A stretch of 59,182 nt of DNA, filler included, from Asterionella formosa (GCA_002256025.1; 5 parts of 5 records of this genome joined end to end with filler, not necessarily neighbours in it), one strand, 5' to 3'. Positions 1 to 11,230 are shown, numbered from the whole stretch's first letter. The notes: generated by a model not told the origin, from the sequence alone. Translations and numbers: made by a program.

Positions 1-36
1 TCACATGAAACCGTTAAAAGTAATCTTTTTTACGTG

Positions 37-128
37 AAGAGTGGCATTAATGCATGTGAAGTACCACATAATTAACACTCATACGTAGACGAAATTTCGA
101 AAAGTGGCGTATTTCGCGTCTTAGATGT
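37..128. repeat. Dispersed ~90-bp repeat, second copy at 47478-47572
   Basis: AAGAGTRGCATTAAT...GAAGTACCAC...ATAATTAACACTC...AAATTTCGAAA.GTGGCGTATTTCGCG.CTTAGATGT occurs near the start of contig 1 and contig 5 in the same orientation. Confidence 0.85.
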
Positions 129-129
129 A

Positions 130-1068
130 CCTTGTAATTCCTCCAGTGACCTCATCACAACCAGTTTGCAGGACATTGCATATGCCTTGTTACATCCCAC
201 CACTCGGTCTCCATTGCCTTGTCTCACTGCGACCCACAAAGCTGCTCTCCAGCAGCTCCTTGAAATTCTCTCACCTCCTGCCTGGTCACATCCAACTACC
301 CATCAATCCCCTCCTGTGTAACCCCATTCCATCACTGAGGGTGCCCAGTACACCAACAACATCCACTATCCATCTTATCCCTGATCCTGATGCCTGTACA
401 CCTCTCCCAGTCTCTCCAGCCATCAATTGCGATGTCCAACCAGTGAGAGTACTTAGCCCTAACCCTAACCCTAACACTAACACTAAACCTACCAGCCCAA
501 GTGTTGCTAACCCTACCCCTAAACCTAACCCTCACCCTTCAGGCAATCCTAACCCTAAACCTACCACGAAGTCCCCTCCTGCCAGTGCTGGCCCCACACT
601 CATTGCAGCACCCCCTTGCTCCTATTGCGATGCTTTTGTGCTGCCCAGTCCTCTGCCACCTTCCTTTCCGGTCACTTACGAAACTACCACTGCACCCAAG
701 AGCTGCTGTTGCCATAAAAACACACCACGTGCTGCACCACATGCTGGCCGTCCCCACACCCAATCTTTTCTTGCCAACGTTGCTCTCTCTGTCCCTCCTC
801 AAACCAGTGCTACTCCCCTGGTCACTGATTTTTGTTTCCATAGCACCGCTATCAACCCTGACAATAGCAAAATTTCTGAATATAAAGAGTTATTGACTTG
901 CAGCACTGCTCCCCAGTGGGCCACCGCCAACAGCTTAGAAATTGGCCGGTTATTTCAGGGCTTGGGACCCCATTCTGACATGCCCATGGGTACTAATTGC
1001 TGTTTTTTCATTCGTAAGCATGACTTGCCCTCACACAAACGCGCCACTTATATCCGCATTCTTTGTGC
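130..1068 (+). mobile_element. Ty1/Copia (diatom CoDi-type) pol remnant: Pro-rich integrase-RT linker and start of RT
   Basis: AINPDNSKISEYKELL...W..ANSLEIGRLFQG....MPMGTNCCFFIRKHDLPSHKRATYIRILC aligns with AIIDPTSG...WIQSAANEIGRLAQG...MPSGTNTIHFIRHTDIPANRRATYLRIV in the Copia at 49217-52795. Homology stops abruptly near 1068. Confidence 0.85.
457..561 (+). repeat. Degenerate telomere-like (CCCTAA)n tract inside the Copia linker
   Basis: CCCTAACCCTAACCCTAACACTAACACTAA followed by further CCCTAA/CCTAAA variants; translates as PNPNPNTNT. Confidence 0.7.
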
Positions 1069-1321
1069 CATTCCCCCCATATCTGAGTATGATACTCCAT
1101 ACATGGGCTGTACAAACCATACCGGCGCAGCCACCAGATTAGGTACATGTGTGAGTGCTAACAACAATGTACTCGAAACAGCAACAGAATAGTCATATTA
1201 TTGTAGTTCACCTTTATTCATGATAAGGTTCCCCTCAACAGGATTATCATCATTGGAAATCATACATTGTGTAGAAAAGTAATCGTTGGTTCATATACAT
1301 ACTACAGTGATGAACAATGTC

Positions 1322-1499
1322 TATATATATATTTAGCTATTCAGAAAGGAATCTAAGTACGTACACGCAAATTTCCACTGATATGAATATTTCAAACGGA
1401 ATCATGTCTTTCAAAAATAGCTCCTATAAATTCTTAATTCCAGTGAATTTCGGCAACCCTAAGCATTATTTTAATTTTTGCCTTCAGGTTGAAATGCAG
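1322..1499 (-). repeat. Left arm of a ~180-bp inverted repeat pair (partner 3458-3636)
   Basis: Reverse complement aligns to 3458-3636 at roughly 80-85% by eye (shared blocks TGCTTAGGGTTGCC, CTGGAATTAAGAATTTA, ATCAGTGGAAATTTGCG, TACTTAGATTCCTT, GCTAAATATATATATA). Confidence 0.9.
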
Positions 1500-1616
1500 G
1501 AGCCTTCAGTAGTCACCTCGTCATTGCTGGATAATACCAGAAATCATTGTAGGTCCTTCTTGCACCTAACCGGTGCCCAGATATGCTTTTTGGTACCCTA
1601 ACCCTTACATGAGCTA

Positions 1617-1718
1617 AGTATTGTACAACAAATATAGATTAGTGAGACTCATGAAGAGTCCAATCTATGTGGGGAGGATTGTCCCAGTGAAATTATTATA
1701 GGACATATCTAGAAAGCT
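1617..1718 (-). pseudogene. Leucine-rich-repeat fragment
   Basis: Minus-strand translation SFLDMSYNNFTGTILPT*IGLFMSLTNLYLLYNT matches the extracellular LRR consensus LxLSxNxLTGTIPTEIGLLTSLTxLxLxxN. TAG replaces the expected GAG. Confidence 0.75.
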
Positions 1719-1738
1719 GGCTGGTGTCACTGGGTTTG

Positions 1739-2768
1739 CTAGGTGCCTGTGTTAGGGTTCATACTTCCGCTAATCTGAACCTGACGGAGTCCCCATGTGC
1801 TTCCGCCACCCCAAATGGATCCACCCCGCAAACGGATCGATACATATCGGGCAACAGTCAAGGGGATAGTAATTATGACTTGTTCATTGAGCCATCGAGC
1901 AGGTCCTCCATCATACCAAGTCCAAGCAGTGCTTTCATCATGACGAACACCAATCTGGATCGACTGAACTTGAGAATAGTACCAAACTGTGACCGCAGCA
2001 CCTTGGATGGCACACTGAGCCTGCAAATCAAAATTTATGTCAATATCTTTGATATGTGGAGGAATGTAATACTCTGATCCAGGTTCAAGCAACCTCATCT
2101 TGTCACTTGGGAATCCATTGCCCCAAGCATCAGAAGGGTTAACTAGGTCAACAGTGAAACTTCCAATCAACTCAAGACCAAAGACATGATTCACTGGCAC
2201 AGTGGGAGCTGGTGTCACTGGAGCTGGTGTCATGGGAGCTGGTGTCATGGGAGCTGGTGTCATGGGAGCTGGTGTCACTGTGGCCCTGGTAGGCCTTTTG
2301 GTAACTGGTGCCCAGGTAGGCCTTTTGGTAACTGGTGCCCAGGTAGGCTTTCTGGTGACTGGTCCCCAGGTAGGTCTTTGGGTCACTGGTGCTTTGGTTG
2401 ATGATGTCACTGCTTCTAATGCAACTTGTTTAATCGTTGATGAGGCAACATTTTGAGTTTTTCTAGAAAGTGTTGTACCTTCTGTTTCGTTAGGTGATAA
2501 TTTTCTATTTTTCACAGTGTCAAGAACCGTTTTATGGGTTAGAATAGGGTTGGATGAATCTGTTGGCAGAGAACTTGGGATGGAGAAACGAAACATATTA
2601 GCAAACATGACACTCACCATTGTGATGAAGAAGGTTCCAATCTGCGCTACTGGTGGAATTGTGATGGCCCCGCAGGAGTCGGTTGTTCTGTTTGGCTGCA
2701 GCGCAACAACCAAAGATGATTACACATGAACGGAATAATGCGACTTTCACTTTGCAATGGACTTGCAT
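1739..2768 (-). CDS. Secreted mucin-like Pro/Thr-repeat protein with C-terminal discoidin/F5-8-like beta-sandwich (needs a 58-nt intron at 2560-2617, otherwise a frameshifted pseudogene)
   Basis: ATG at 2768 gives MQVHCKVKVALFRSCVIIFGCCAAA-KQNNRLLRG (signal peptide + LRG). Removing GTGAGT...CTAAT...CCAACAG (2617-2560) restores frame into the 324-aa ORF. Repeats TKRPTWAPV and TPAP(M/V); C-terminal IDINFDL...ARYVSIRL...WGLRQVQISG. Confidence 0.7.
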
Positions 2769-2855
2769 GTTTGCCTAAAGAACCTCTTCAAAATAAAGGG
2801 ATCTTAAATTTATGACAACAACAGGTTTGGAAAATCAGAAGAGAATTGTGAACAG

Positions 2856-3300
2856 ATACCTGCACATGGTTTTTTTGGTATCTTTTTGACATTGGCAACT
2901 TCCTAAGAGGTCGCTAGTTAGACTTGTCCGTAGTCTCGTTGACCACTCTACCCTACAGAATTTCTATTTGGTACTGGTTATGTTAGCTAATTGGTTCCGT
3001 GCATGAGTGAACTTATTGACATGTACACATCTTCCGTTTTGGTATCTCTTTGACGTTGGTATCTTCCTAAGAGGTCGTCGCTAGATTGATTTGTGTGTAT
3101 GTACGTTAGTTGAGCAATCCACCCTGCAGATTTGTTATTTAGGAATGTTACCAGGTACCGGTCCCTATCTGGTGCTCCCACTCCGTATACCGGTAGTATT
3201 TGTGAACATACTGATATGTACACATCTTCCTTTTTGGTATTTTAGTGACATTGGAAGACTTCTTAAGAGGTCTCTGGTTTGACTTGTCTGTATGCCGTCT
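2856..3300. repeat. Three imperfect tandem units of ~165-195 bp
   Basis: TTTTGGTATY...TGACRTTGG..(A)CTTCYTAAGAGGTC recurs at ~2873, ~3037 and ~3232. Adjacent 3295-3341 matches 48690-48735 in inverted orientation. Confidence 0.8.
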
Positions 3301-3457
3301 GTAACTAATATTTCCGTCAGATCGAACGTTTTACTCAGCATATGATGAAAAAGCAAGTTTTTGATTAAGCTATATTTTTATTCTATCGAAAATAAATTTG
3401 ATACATCAATAATTGATTCTGTTTGATCAATCAAATTTTTATCTCAGGCTAAGGTTG

Positions 3458-3636
3458 CTGCATTTGAAACCGTAGACAAAAATAATAATATTGCTTAGGG
3501 TTGCCAAAATTCCCTGGAATTAAGAATTTAATTAGCTATGTTTGAATGACGTGATTCCATTGGAAATATTTAAATCAGTGGAAATTTGCGAATACATACT
3601 TAGATTCCTTGTCGAAATCGCTAAATATATATATAT
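3458..3636 (+). repeat. Right arm of the inverted repeat pair (partner 1322-1499)
   Basis: See 1322-1499. Confidence 0.9.
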
Positions 3637-4090
3637 ACACTCTTAGTCGCTGTATGTATATATACGCTAAAAGTATGATCAACATGTATGCATGGACACT
3701 CTATACTCCGATTACTGGTAACGATTTTATATGCTACCAGTATGCATTGAATCCGTTCAACTAATTCAAATCATTAAATATATATATATCTATAAATAAA
3801 TATATATATATATATTGTGTCATGTGCATGCACCAGGACTACAATCTTTACTCCAATCGATGACTATGTGTCATGTATACAACCTGGCGGCTTGGCAAAA
3901 ATTTTGAAAGTGCACTCAAGGAGTAGTATGCATATGTCCAATCATGATCATCTACTGGTACCTGTCGTGAATAAAGCACCAGACTGTCAGTACACCCGAG
4001 AAAATGTTACATGTTTATCAAATGAGAAATCTCTTGACCTGTTCTGCGCTTTTTCGCAACAATTGTTTTCATTGTTTCACTGGACAGCAT

Positions 4091-4600
4091 TCAAATTGAT
4101 TGTGCTTTGAACGAAGGAATGATCAAAGTCTTTCCCATTGCAGAATGGTGAGTCTCAAAACTACTGAAAATACTGTATGTTTTTCCAGAAATTGATTCAA
4201 ACTGTTTAGTCTCTTCTTGGTCCTCTCTCGAGATAATAGCATCATCATCTTGGAAACTTTTATTTCCTTTGGGGAAAGAAACATCACAGGCTGGTTGCTG
4301 AATGCCTTCCAATGTTTGTCTGCTCGTGATAAGGTGTTCAGAGGGAGTTTTGAAACAGAATTCCGACGATGCAACAATCGACAGATCTAGCTGGTGTTCT
4401 TGATAACAAACATGACACCAACCAAATGGTACAAAAGAACAATTCGAGCAAATATTGTGATGCAATCTTGATGGTTTCCGGCTTTTCCTCACTTTGTAGC
4501 CATGTAGTGGACACCAGTTATAGATCCTTGCTTCGTGTAGCACCTGATAACATTTGTCAACCAATACCATCAGTCATCGAATGAAATGACTTCTTGTTCA
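4091..4600 (-). pseudogene. Degenerate ORF of unknown function inside the large element
   Basis: Overlapping minus-strand ORFs (4091-4570, 4123-4377) with no recognisable motif. Confidence 0.25.
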
Positions 4601-4932
4601 CTTGTAACTAAGTTTCATGATGATACACATTGGTACCAACTAAGCATTCATGTTAGAATACTGTATACTTTGTCGGTACTCTCGAACAGTAGGTTGGCCC
4701 TACCAGTATTGCGGTATTCCTCATGTCATTGATGAATTTCTTACGTTTTTGACGGTTACTTTACGGCCGTTACTAACCATTGACCCAAACCAAAACCAAA
4801 AATAAGTTTTTGGATTGGTTTTTATGAAATTAGATCATAGCTAAGTTAGACCACCCTGTTCCGTCATGTTGCAATAAGAATGACGAAAATTTCTGGTTAC
4901 AACCACATATTGATCCATCAGTGTGTGGGTTG

Positions 4933-6280
4933 TTATCCTGTCGTTTCAGTTCGGCGACAGAGTGTCCATTCCTTTGCTTTGGCTATAGCTGGCGACAAAT
5001 AGAAATGAATCCGTAGAGCACCATTTTTCAAACTATTATCCAAAGATCCTCCATGGACTATATCTCCACGCATGAGAAAGATGAATTTTAATGGTATGGA
5101 CAAATGTATTGCACGCTTCTCATCCGCACAATTATCCCATTTATTTAAACAGTTCCCATGTTGTAAAGACAAGGACATTATCATTCCCCAAGGCATAGGA
5201 CTTTCCCTTTCGCATTCTGTCGGTGTATAATCTTGGTGTGGTTTCTGAGGTTTTGGGTAGCCATTCTTTCCAGAATTGGTGAACAACATAGTGGCAGTGT
5301 GCGGTATAACTCTGTTGCTATTGCTGGAGACATCATTGGAACCTGGCATTAACAAGCACTTTATCATATGCCAAAATGTTTTCACATTTGGCAGATCCAG
5401 CTTTGAATATTTTAAACTGTCAGTATAATTCTTGAAAGGAAACACTTGCATGGCTTTTCCTTCCATGGTATTTGCAAGTGCTTTATATGTTGCCGTTGTT
5501 TTGAATGTTTGTTTCAACAAATGAATAGGAGGGTTATAGATTTTCTCAGAAGTACAAAAAGATTTCGCCACATGTAAAAATGGATCGTCTTTTTCTTCCA
5601 TTCCAAAAAACTCATCTGGAAGGAAAGATAAATGAAGGAAAAACACACGTTCTTGTTCAATTCCGCCGATAACATAAAGGAAGTTATCGGTTCTCAGAAC
5701 TGTTTTGATTAACCGTAATGAATCAGTGATGAAACATAGGAAATCGTCTATTTCTGCTGCATTTGTTGGCATATTGTTGTCTTTCTGATGTAGTCTAAAA
5801 TCTCGAGGAAAGTGAGTTTTCCATAAATCATCGTTGGTCCTACATGTTTCCGAACTTTTCTTGAAATTTCAAATGATGTTTCGTTAAACAAGCCAGACTC
5901 TAGGACCACATAGAATTTGTTTAGAACAAAATCCAGGACACTGTCATCTAGCCTTGTTTCCTTGCCTTTGTCATCATGATCAAAGTATCTGACCAGTAAG
6001 AGTCGTTCCTTACTCTTTCGTTGTCTCTTGAACAGACATGAAATACGCCATAGAAACACGTTTTTCAACAAGGGAAAGATGTGAATGTGGAAATTTTATT
6101 CATAGATGTTGGTGCCTAGTAATCTAACTAAGTTTATGCTCGTACTACTTTCTACATCTTTTCTTAGTGACTCCGGCCATTCAGACCATCTAAGTTCTTG
6201 TTCAGTTTCTGGGTTTTTGTCGGAGGCATTGTTGTGGTCGTAGTCAAAAGTTTTCGTCGTTCTTAGTGCAACATGATGGA
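4933..6280 (-). pseudogene. 2OG-Fe(II) dioxygenase-like (double-stranded beta-helix) protein, disrupted
   Basis: PQKPHQDY (HxD) ... LMRGDIVHGG (distal His) ... LRIHFYL (2OG-binding Arg position). Upstream part (5748-6280) is separated by a frameshift near 5770 and a TAA near 6097. Confidence 0.7.
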
Positions 6281-6377
6281 ACAGGATGGACTAATTTATG
6301 AAATTTGAAGTTTCAGATAAGGAATGTTTTATATGTAATTGAACGCTATTAATTACTATTTATAAGATTACATCTTT

Positions 6378-7479
6378 TTATTTTGTGAAATGTTTGAATG
6401 GCCGCCAACTACTATCGCCAAGTTCCTCATCCTCTTCTTCAAAGTCAAGGAGGTTGGTAGAATTTACGATCTTGGATGTATCCGAAGGTATGGGATCATT
6501 CCTTACAAACTTTTTATGTTCTTGATTGTAATTATCTCAGTCATGCTTTGTCAACTCTTGAAAACGAAAATAGTAGTCTTGCCTACCTTCAATGTTGGGC
6601 TTACCCTCACTGTTTGATACTTGTTCCTTTTCGATTGCGTTCTGTTGTTCAATATCAACAAGAAGCTCTCTGTAGTACTTCAGTGTTTCATCATTCCAGC
6701 AAAACGTCAACCCATTGACTCGGCATGAACTGTTTCCGTTAAGGTTGTTGCGTCCCTTTGCAGATCCGCCAATCAAAACAATTTCTTCATAGATAGTGGC
6801 GTTAAGGAACTGTTCAGGAATATCAGTATCTTCATCCATATCTCCATCCAGATACTGAAAAAATTTCAGGGTGCTGTTAACTAGAAATTTACCGCGAACA
6901 CTCAGGAAAGTAAATGCCTCTGTGCTGGGATGAATGGAATCACCAACATGGGTGACATGAAGAAGATACTTTCCTTACTTGCTGAGCCTGTGCTTGAAGG
7001 ATCTTACTGGAACCAGTAAGTAATGATCGTGACTCTTGATTCCTGTTCGGAAGAAGCTGATAGGAGCTAATAATAGGAGGAAAGCCCAGTAGTACTCAGA
7101 GGAATGATCACAAGAAGTGTCCAGGTGAACAAGCTGGTACAGAGAAGAAGTAGCCCAAAAAATAAAATCGGATTTATTAAACTCCATAAAGTTGGTTTCG
7201 GTTACACCAACTAACAAAGAGAAGAGAATAAGCAAAAAAATATAATTAAAAAACACAATAACGAATCCAAATAAACTTACTCAAATCTGAATGAATGAAA
7301 TGGTTCAATGTCAATTGGAAGTAATGAATATGTTTAATGCACATTCCTCCAAATGTACAGTCAAAGTACTCTTTTCTTTCCTTAGCACTTCTTACAGATA
7401 GGAAATCGGTTCCTCTATGAGAAACTTCTTCAACACCATTCCAGATGCAAAGGATGCACCCTTGTCTCAATTGGTTCAT
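6378..7479 (-). pseudogene. Transposon accessory protein with (S/T)EAF and W-x-x-E-x-L-x-x-Y motifs; one intron, two premature stops
   Basis: A clean 70-nt GTAAG...TTAG intron (7280-7211) joins ORF 7246-7479 in frame to ORF 6975-7256. Reading through TAA (6975) and TGA (6537) gives one frame to TAA at 6378, with IHPSTEAFTFLSV and FCWNDETLKYYRELL. Confidence 0.6.
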
Positions 7480-8070
7480 CCTGATTTACCGAAGGGGGCC
7501 AACTACGTAGAGAGCATTGCGAATTCAGCAATAGAAATAGCAAGAATCAAAAGTCTTGAAGATGGGATTGGGCCTGTTTCCATTGTAAATTGAAAGTATC
7601 GTCCCCGGCCAAACTACTATTTTCAGATGCCATCCGAAATGGAATAATGATTCAAAGGCAGGAATCTCTGGTCGTGAATGGTTTGACTGGGTCGAAGTGA
7701 ACTGGGAGAAGGGAGATGGATCAAGTTCCTACACAGTTCCTGCAAAACTACTTCTTAGGGGAAATGTTATTTTCTCCAACTCAACAACCAATCTCTTAGT
7801 GTGTATTTGTTCCTTGAAAAGTTCAACTGAAATGAAAATTCATAAACGTATGTTTTTTGCAAGAGGAGACACCTTATACAATGATACAACTGAATTGAGC
7901 GTTGTTGAATTTCATAACATACTTTCGGCAGATTTGTTGTTCCTGCTTTGAAACCGCAGGAATCAAGGAAATCTCAGAAACCGCAAGAAGTTTTGGAACA
8001 GATATGGAAAGATAATTTTTATGTTGCCATGCCTCCACGTAATTTATGGAAATCAATCGGGTTGGACCAA
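7441..8070 (+). pseudogene. C-terminal fragment of a Plavaka/CACTA-like transposase
   Basis: GQTTIFRCHPKWNN...GREWFDWVEVNWE...TVPAKLLL, then after a frameshift NFYVAMPPRNLWKS. This resembles the IFRxHPxY...WYDWxxVxW...PAxI...PRxxW tail I recall for such transposases. No catalytic DDE core is present. Confidence 0.55.
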
Positions 8071-8219
8071 AAACTAACAAGCAAACGTTGTTAATTATAT
8101 AAGAATAATATAAATGATAATGGTAACAATATAGTTTCACATACTAAATTGGTTATTATGAGGTTTTCACAAACTACAATTTCCTAAAAAAGATGACATT
8201 GGATGATCCCAACGGTCCA

Positions 8220-10439
8220 TTATTTGTTCTTTTTCACTCCCATAGAACCTAAGATGGTCCTTCTCGTTTCGTCCGAAATTTTGCCTCTCCACTTTTCAAC
8301 TGCAGTTCGATATGAGTCTGCAAACTTCTTCAAGTTGATTCCAGAAGGGCTATCATCAGTTACAAATTTGTTTTTCAACTTTTTGTCAATTTTGATGCAT
8401 CCAGAAATTTTGCCAAGAGGTGCATGATAATAACATTTGAAGGGAGCAAGTTTTTCATTACTATGTTGTATCATGGATTTTACGTAGACAACTTCATCCT
8501 TCTTGAAAGAAGAGTTGCAAGGAACTCGTCCAAATACTTCATTCAACATTTTTAAATCTAAATAGGATGTCAAAATTTTGTCAATACAAAATTGAAGAAC
8601 AGTTATTTCCAACTGAAACATATCCTCACAAGAATTTGTCGTTGTCACTTGAGGCCAAACTGTTCCAAGATGAAAGTATGTTGACTTGGTTGGTGAGTCA
8701 GATGTAATGGATAAGAAATCGTCTGTTCGATCTGTTGCTGCCACCTGACGTTTTAAAGCTTTCCAGGACTCAGTCTCCAAACGGAAATGTGCCCGTTTGC
8801 CAAGAAATTTGGTTTTGCCATTCCTTTCTAATTGCAATAGAGTTTCCTACACTTTCACAATTGTAAAAGGTCCACATGACCATCCACTGTCATCTTCTGG
8901 TTGAAATAACATGGAATCATGTTCAGTGGCCGTACTGATCTGCAATGGTGCTTTGGTGCCAGTATAGAAAGATTCCGAGAACCCAATTCCTTCAGGTATA
9001 TGGGATTCTTGTGGAAGATATCCTGTATCGGTGCATAATAATTCCAATTCTTTTCTGCATCCGGGGATGATGCAGTACTTACGGGCAAGGTGAAATACTT
9101 GATCATAATGTTCATCCAAACTTGCATCTTTTCCTGGATCATGGACTTGACATAATCCATCATTTATAGCAAAAAGATGAAGCACAAAATGGTTGCTTTC
9201 CTCCTCATCTGATCTTTTGCAATACACAATTAGCACATAGTTACTTTCGTGATGAAGTGGATGACAATCACCTTGGTATATATATGGATTGTTATTACCC
9301 TTTTCTGGGTTCTCATCCAGATCAAATGTAACCTTTACATCACTTGGATGAAGTTCATGAATTATATAATGGATCATAGAGGTAATTGTTTCAAGGTACC
9401 AATATGCAAGATCTTTAAAATCTGAAGATGATTTTTTGATACCTTTGACTCCATAAAATACAGAGGCGTAATTGCATATTTCTTGTGGGGTATACCTTTG
9501 ACTCCATAAAATACAGAGGCGTAATTGCATATATCTTGCGGGGTGCGAGTGTACAACTCTTTCCACAATTTTAGTTGTCCATGCGATTTCGGCAAACTCA
9601 AGGAAAATGCCGTTTGCTTTGGCATAATAACTCTACACATTTCACATGCCGACTTTTCACAAAAGTAGCTGCCTTCTGGATTGTTTTCAATGATTTTACA
9701 AAGAAATTCTTTTTCTTCCATGTATGATTTGGGAAAAGATTCAATTTTGTGTTTCAGACTTCGTTCCCCACTCAGAGCATCAACTGCCTTAGCCAGTATC
9801 ACATCTCTGTCTGCATTGATCTTCCTGAATTCGAGGTCTTGATCTAGCTCAGACTTTTTCTTGAATATCGGTTCTTTTAGCAATTCAATAGTTTCTCTGC
9901 TTCCATAATGTTCATCTTGCTGTTCTGGACGGATAGTGAGATACGTTTCTTGGTTTTGCAACTTTTCAACCATTTCTACTTCTGAAGTGTTGTCTGCCAC
10001 ATTTCCGCCGATATTTTCATTCATCGCATGAATTTGTTCATCAAATGAATGAGAATCACTGATTTCTTCTTCATTATCAGCGATTTCGGTAGAATGAGCA
10101 AAATACGACACTGGATGGTGGAACTGTGACTCTGTATGAATAGAGTCTTCATCCACGAAGACCAACTGTTTGGATTTCCTCTTCGAAAGCAATCTTTCCT
10201 TCTTTTTTTCAATCTCAGCCACTATTGTATCGTTCGGCATACTTCATTATTTTTTCTGGAGTATTATGAATCTGTTCAAATTCATTTGATCTTTGAGTGT
10301 ATTCAAATGAATCTTCGATTGGTTTCATAAGTTTCTTCATCTTCTTTTCCGAAAACATAAAGTTGTGTAGTGTAAACAATGGAAGTAAGTCTCGTTTCTT
10401 CTTTGACTGATCCTTTCCATGAAATCCGTGAAATGCCAT
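8220..10439 (-). pseudogene. Ulp1/C48-like cysteine protease gene with acidic N-terminal region, disrupted
   Basis: DLAYWYLETITSMIHYI ... SNHFVL (His) ... QVHDPG (Asp) ... FQPEDDSGWSCGPF (Gln, Cys). Broken by a frameshift near 10235, a 53-bp duplication and an in-frame TAG at 8847 that reads on into ORF 8220-8837. Confidence 0.7.
9439..9544. repeat. 53-bp tandem duplication causing a frameshift
   Basis: ATACCTTTGACTCCATAAAATACAGAGGCGTAATTGCATAT.TCTTG.GGGGT at 9439 and 9492. Confidence 0.95.
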
Positions 10440-11230
10440 TTGGAAAGTTGTCAAAGGGCCAGAAGACAATGATGTAAAACAGTGGAAGGGAAACGCGGAG
10501 CTTTTCGCGGAGCTTTTTGCGGCGCTTGTGGAGGTGGAACTGGTGTGATGGTAACCGAGTGTAGTAATTGTTGAACAGAGCACAGTGTAATATGCATGTT
10601 CCGCCAGCGTAGTGTTTACACAATACACATGCTGGCACATATATAGCTAAAACAAGGAAAGATGACACCACAATGAACGTGATGGCTGGTTGTTGAGGAT
10701 ACCGGTATGTGATATGCATCAATCCATGTCACAAATCATATTATAGTGATGTACATATCAACGCATCCATATACTTAGATCCTATCCACTGTATAATACT
10801 ATCATATTAACTGTTGACTTTAACTGTATACATTAAACGACAAACATATATATTAATTAACATACTTTATGATTGCTTGATTTATATTCTATGATGTCTT
10901 GGTAACACTTGCATACATATTTTATTGTACTTTATTGTCATTGTACCATTTTAACATAATAATATTTTGATCAAAATTATATCATATACATTTTAAAAAA
11001 TCATCACAGTTCTATGATCGCTGCATCATAGCTATGTGATGTACTTTATTCATTATTACGTTTCATACTTTGGTGATGTATGCATCGATGTAACCCTATC
11101 ATGATATCACATTATCATCTTATCAATCATGATGAGATGATTGGGAAGCAACTGTATTATGCATTGTGCTACGGGGTATATTATTATATCACGCAATTTA
11201 GTAGCTAACAAGTCACTCCGCCTGTAATTT

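Noticed and set aside
2186..2456. Plus-strand ORFs with HGSWC or GAGVM repeats (metal-binding or silk-like appearance)
   Set aside because: Antisense shadows of the TPAP(M/V) repeats of the minus-strand gene.
6378..8850. Stop-codon read-through or an alternative genetic code
   Set aside because: All three stop types occur alongside frameshifts and only in TE-like DNA, while host genes read normally; this is pseudogene decay.
4933..10439. Endogenous giant virus or Polinton interpretation of the gene cluster
   Set aside because: No capsid, packaging ATPase, PolB or primase motifs seen; a spliceosomal intron and a transposase-like tail favour a DNA transposon.
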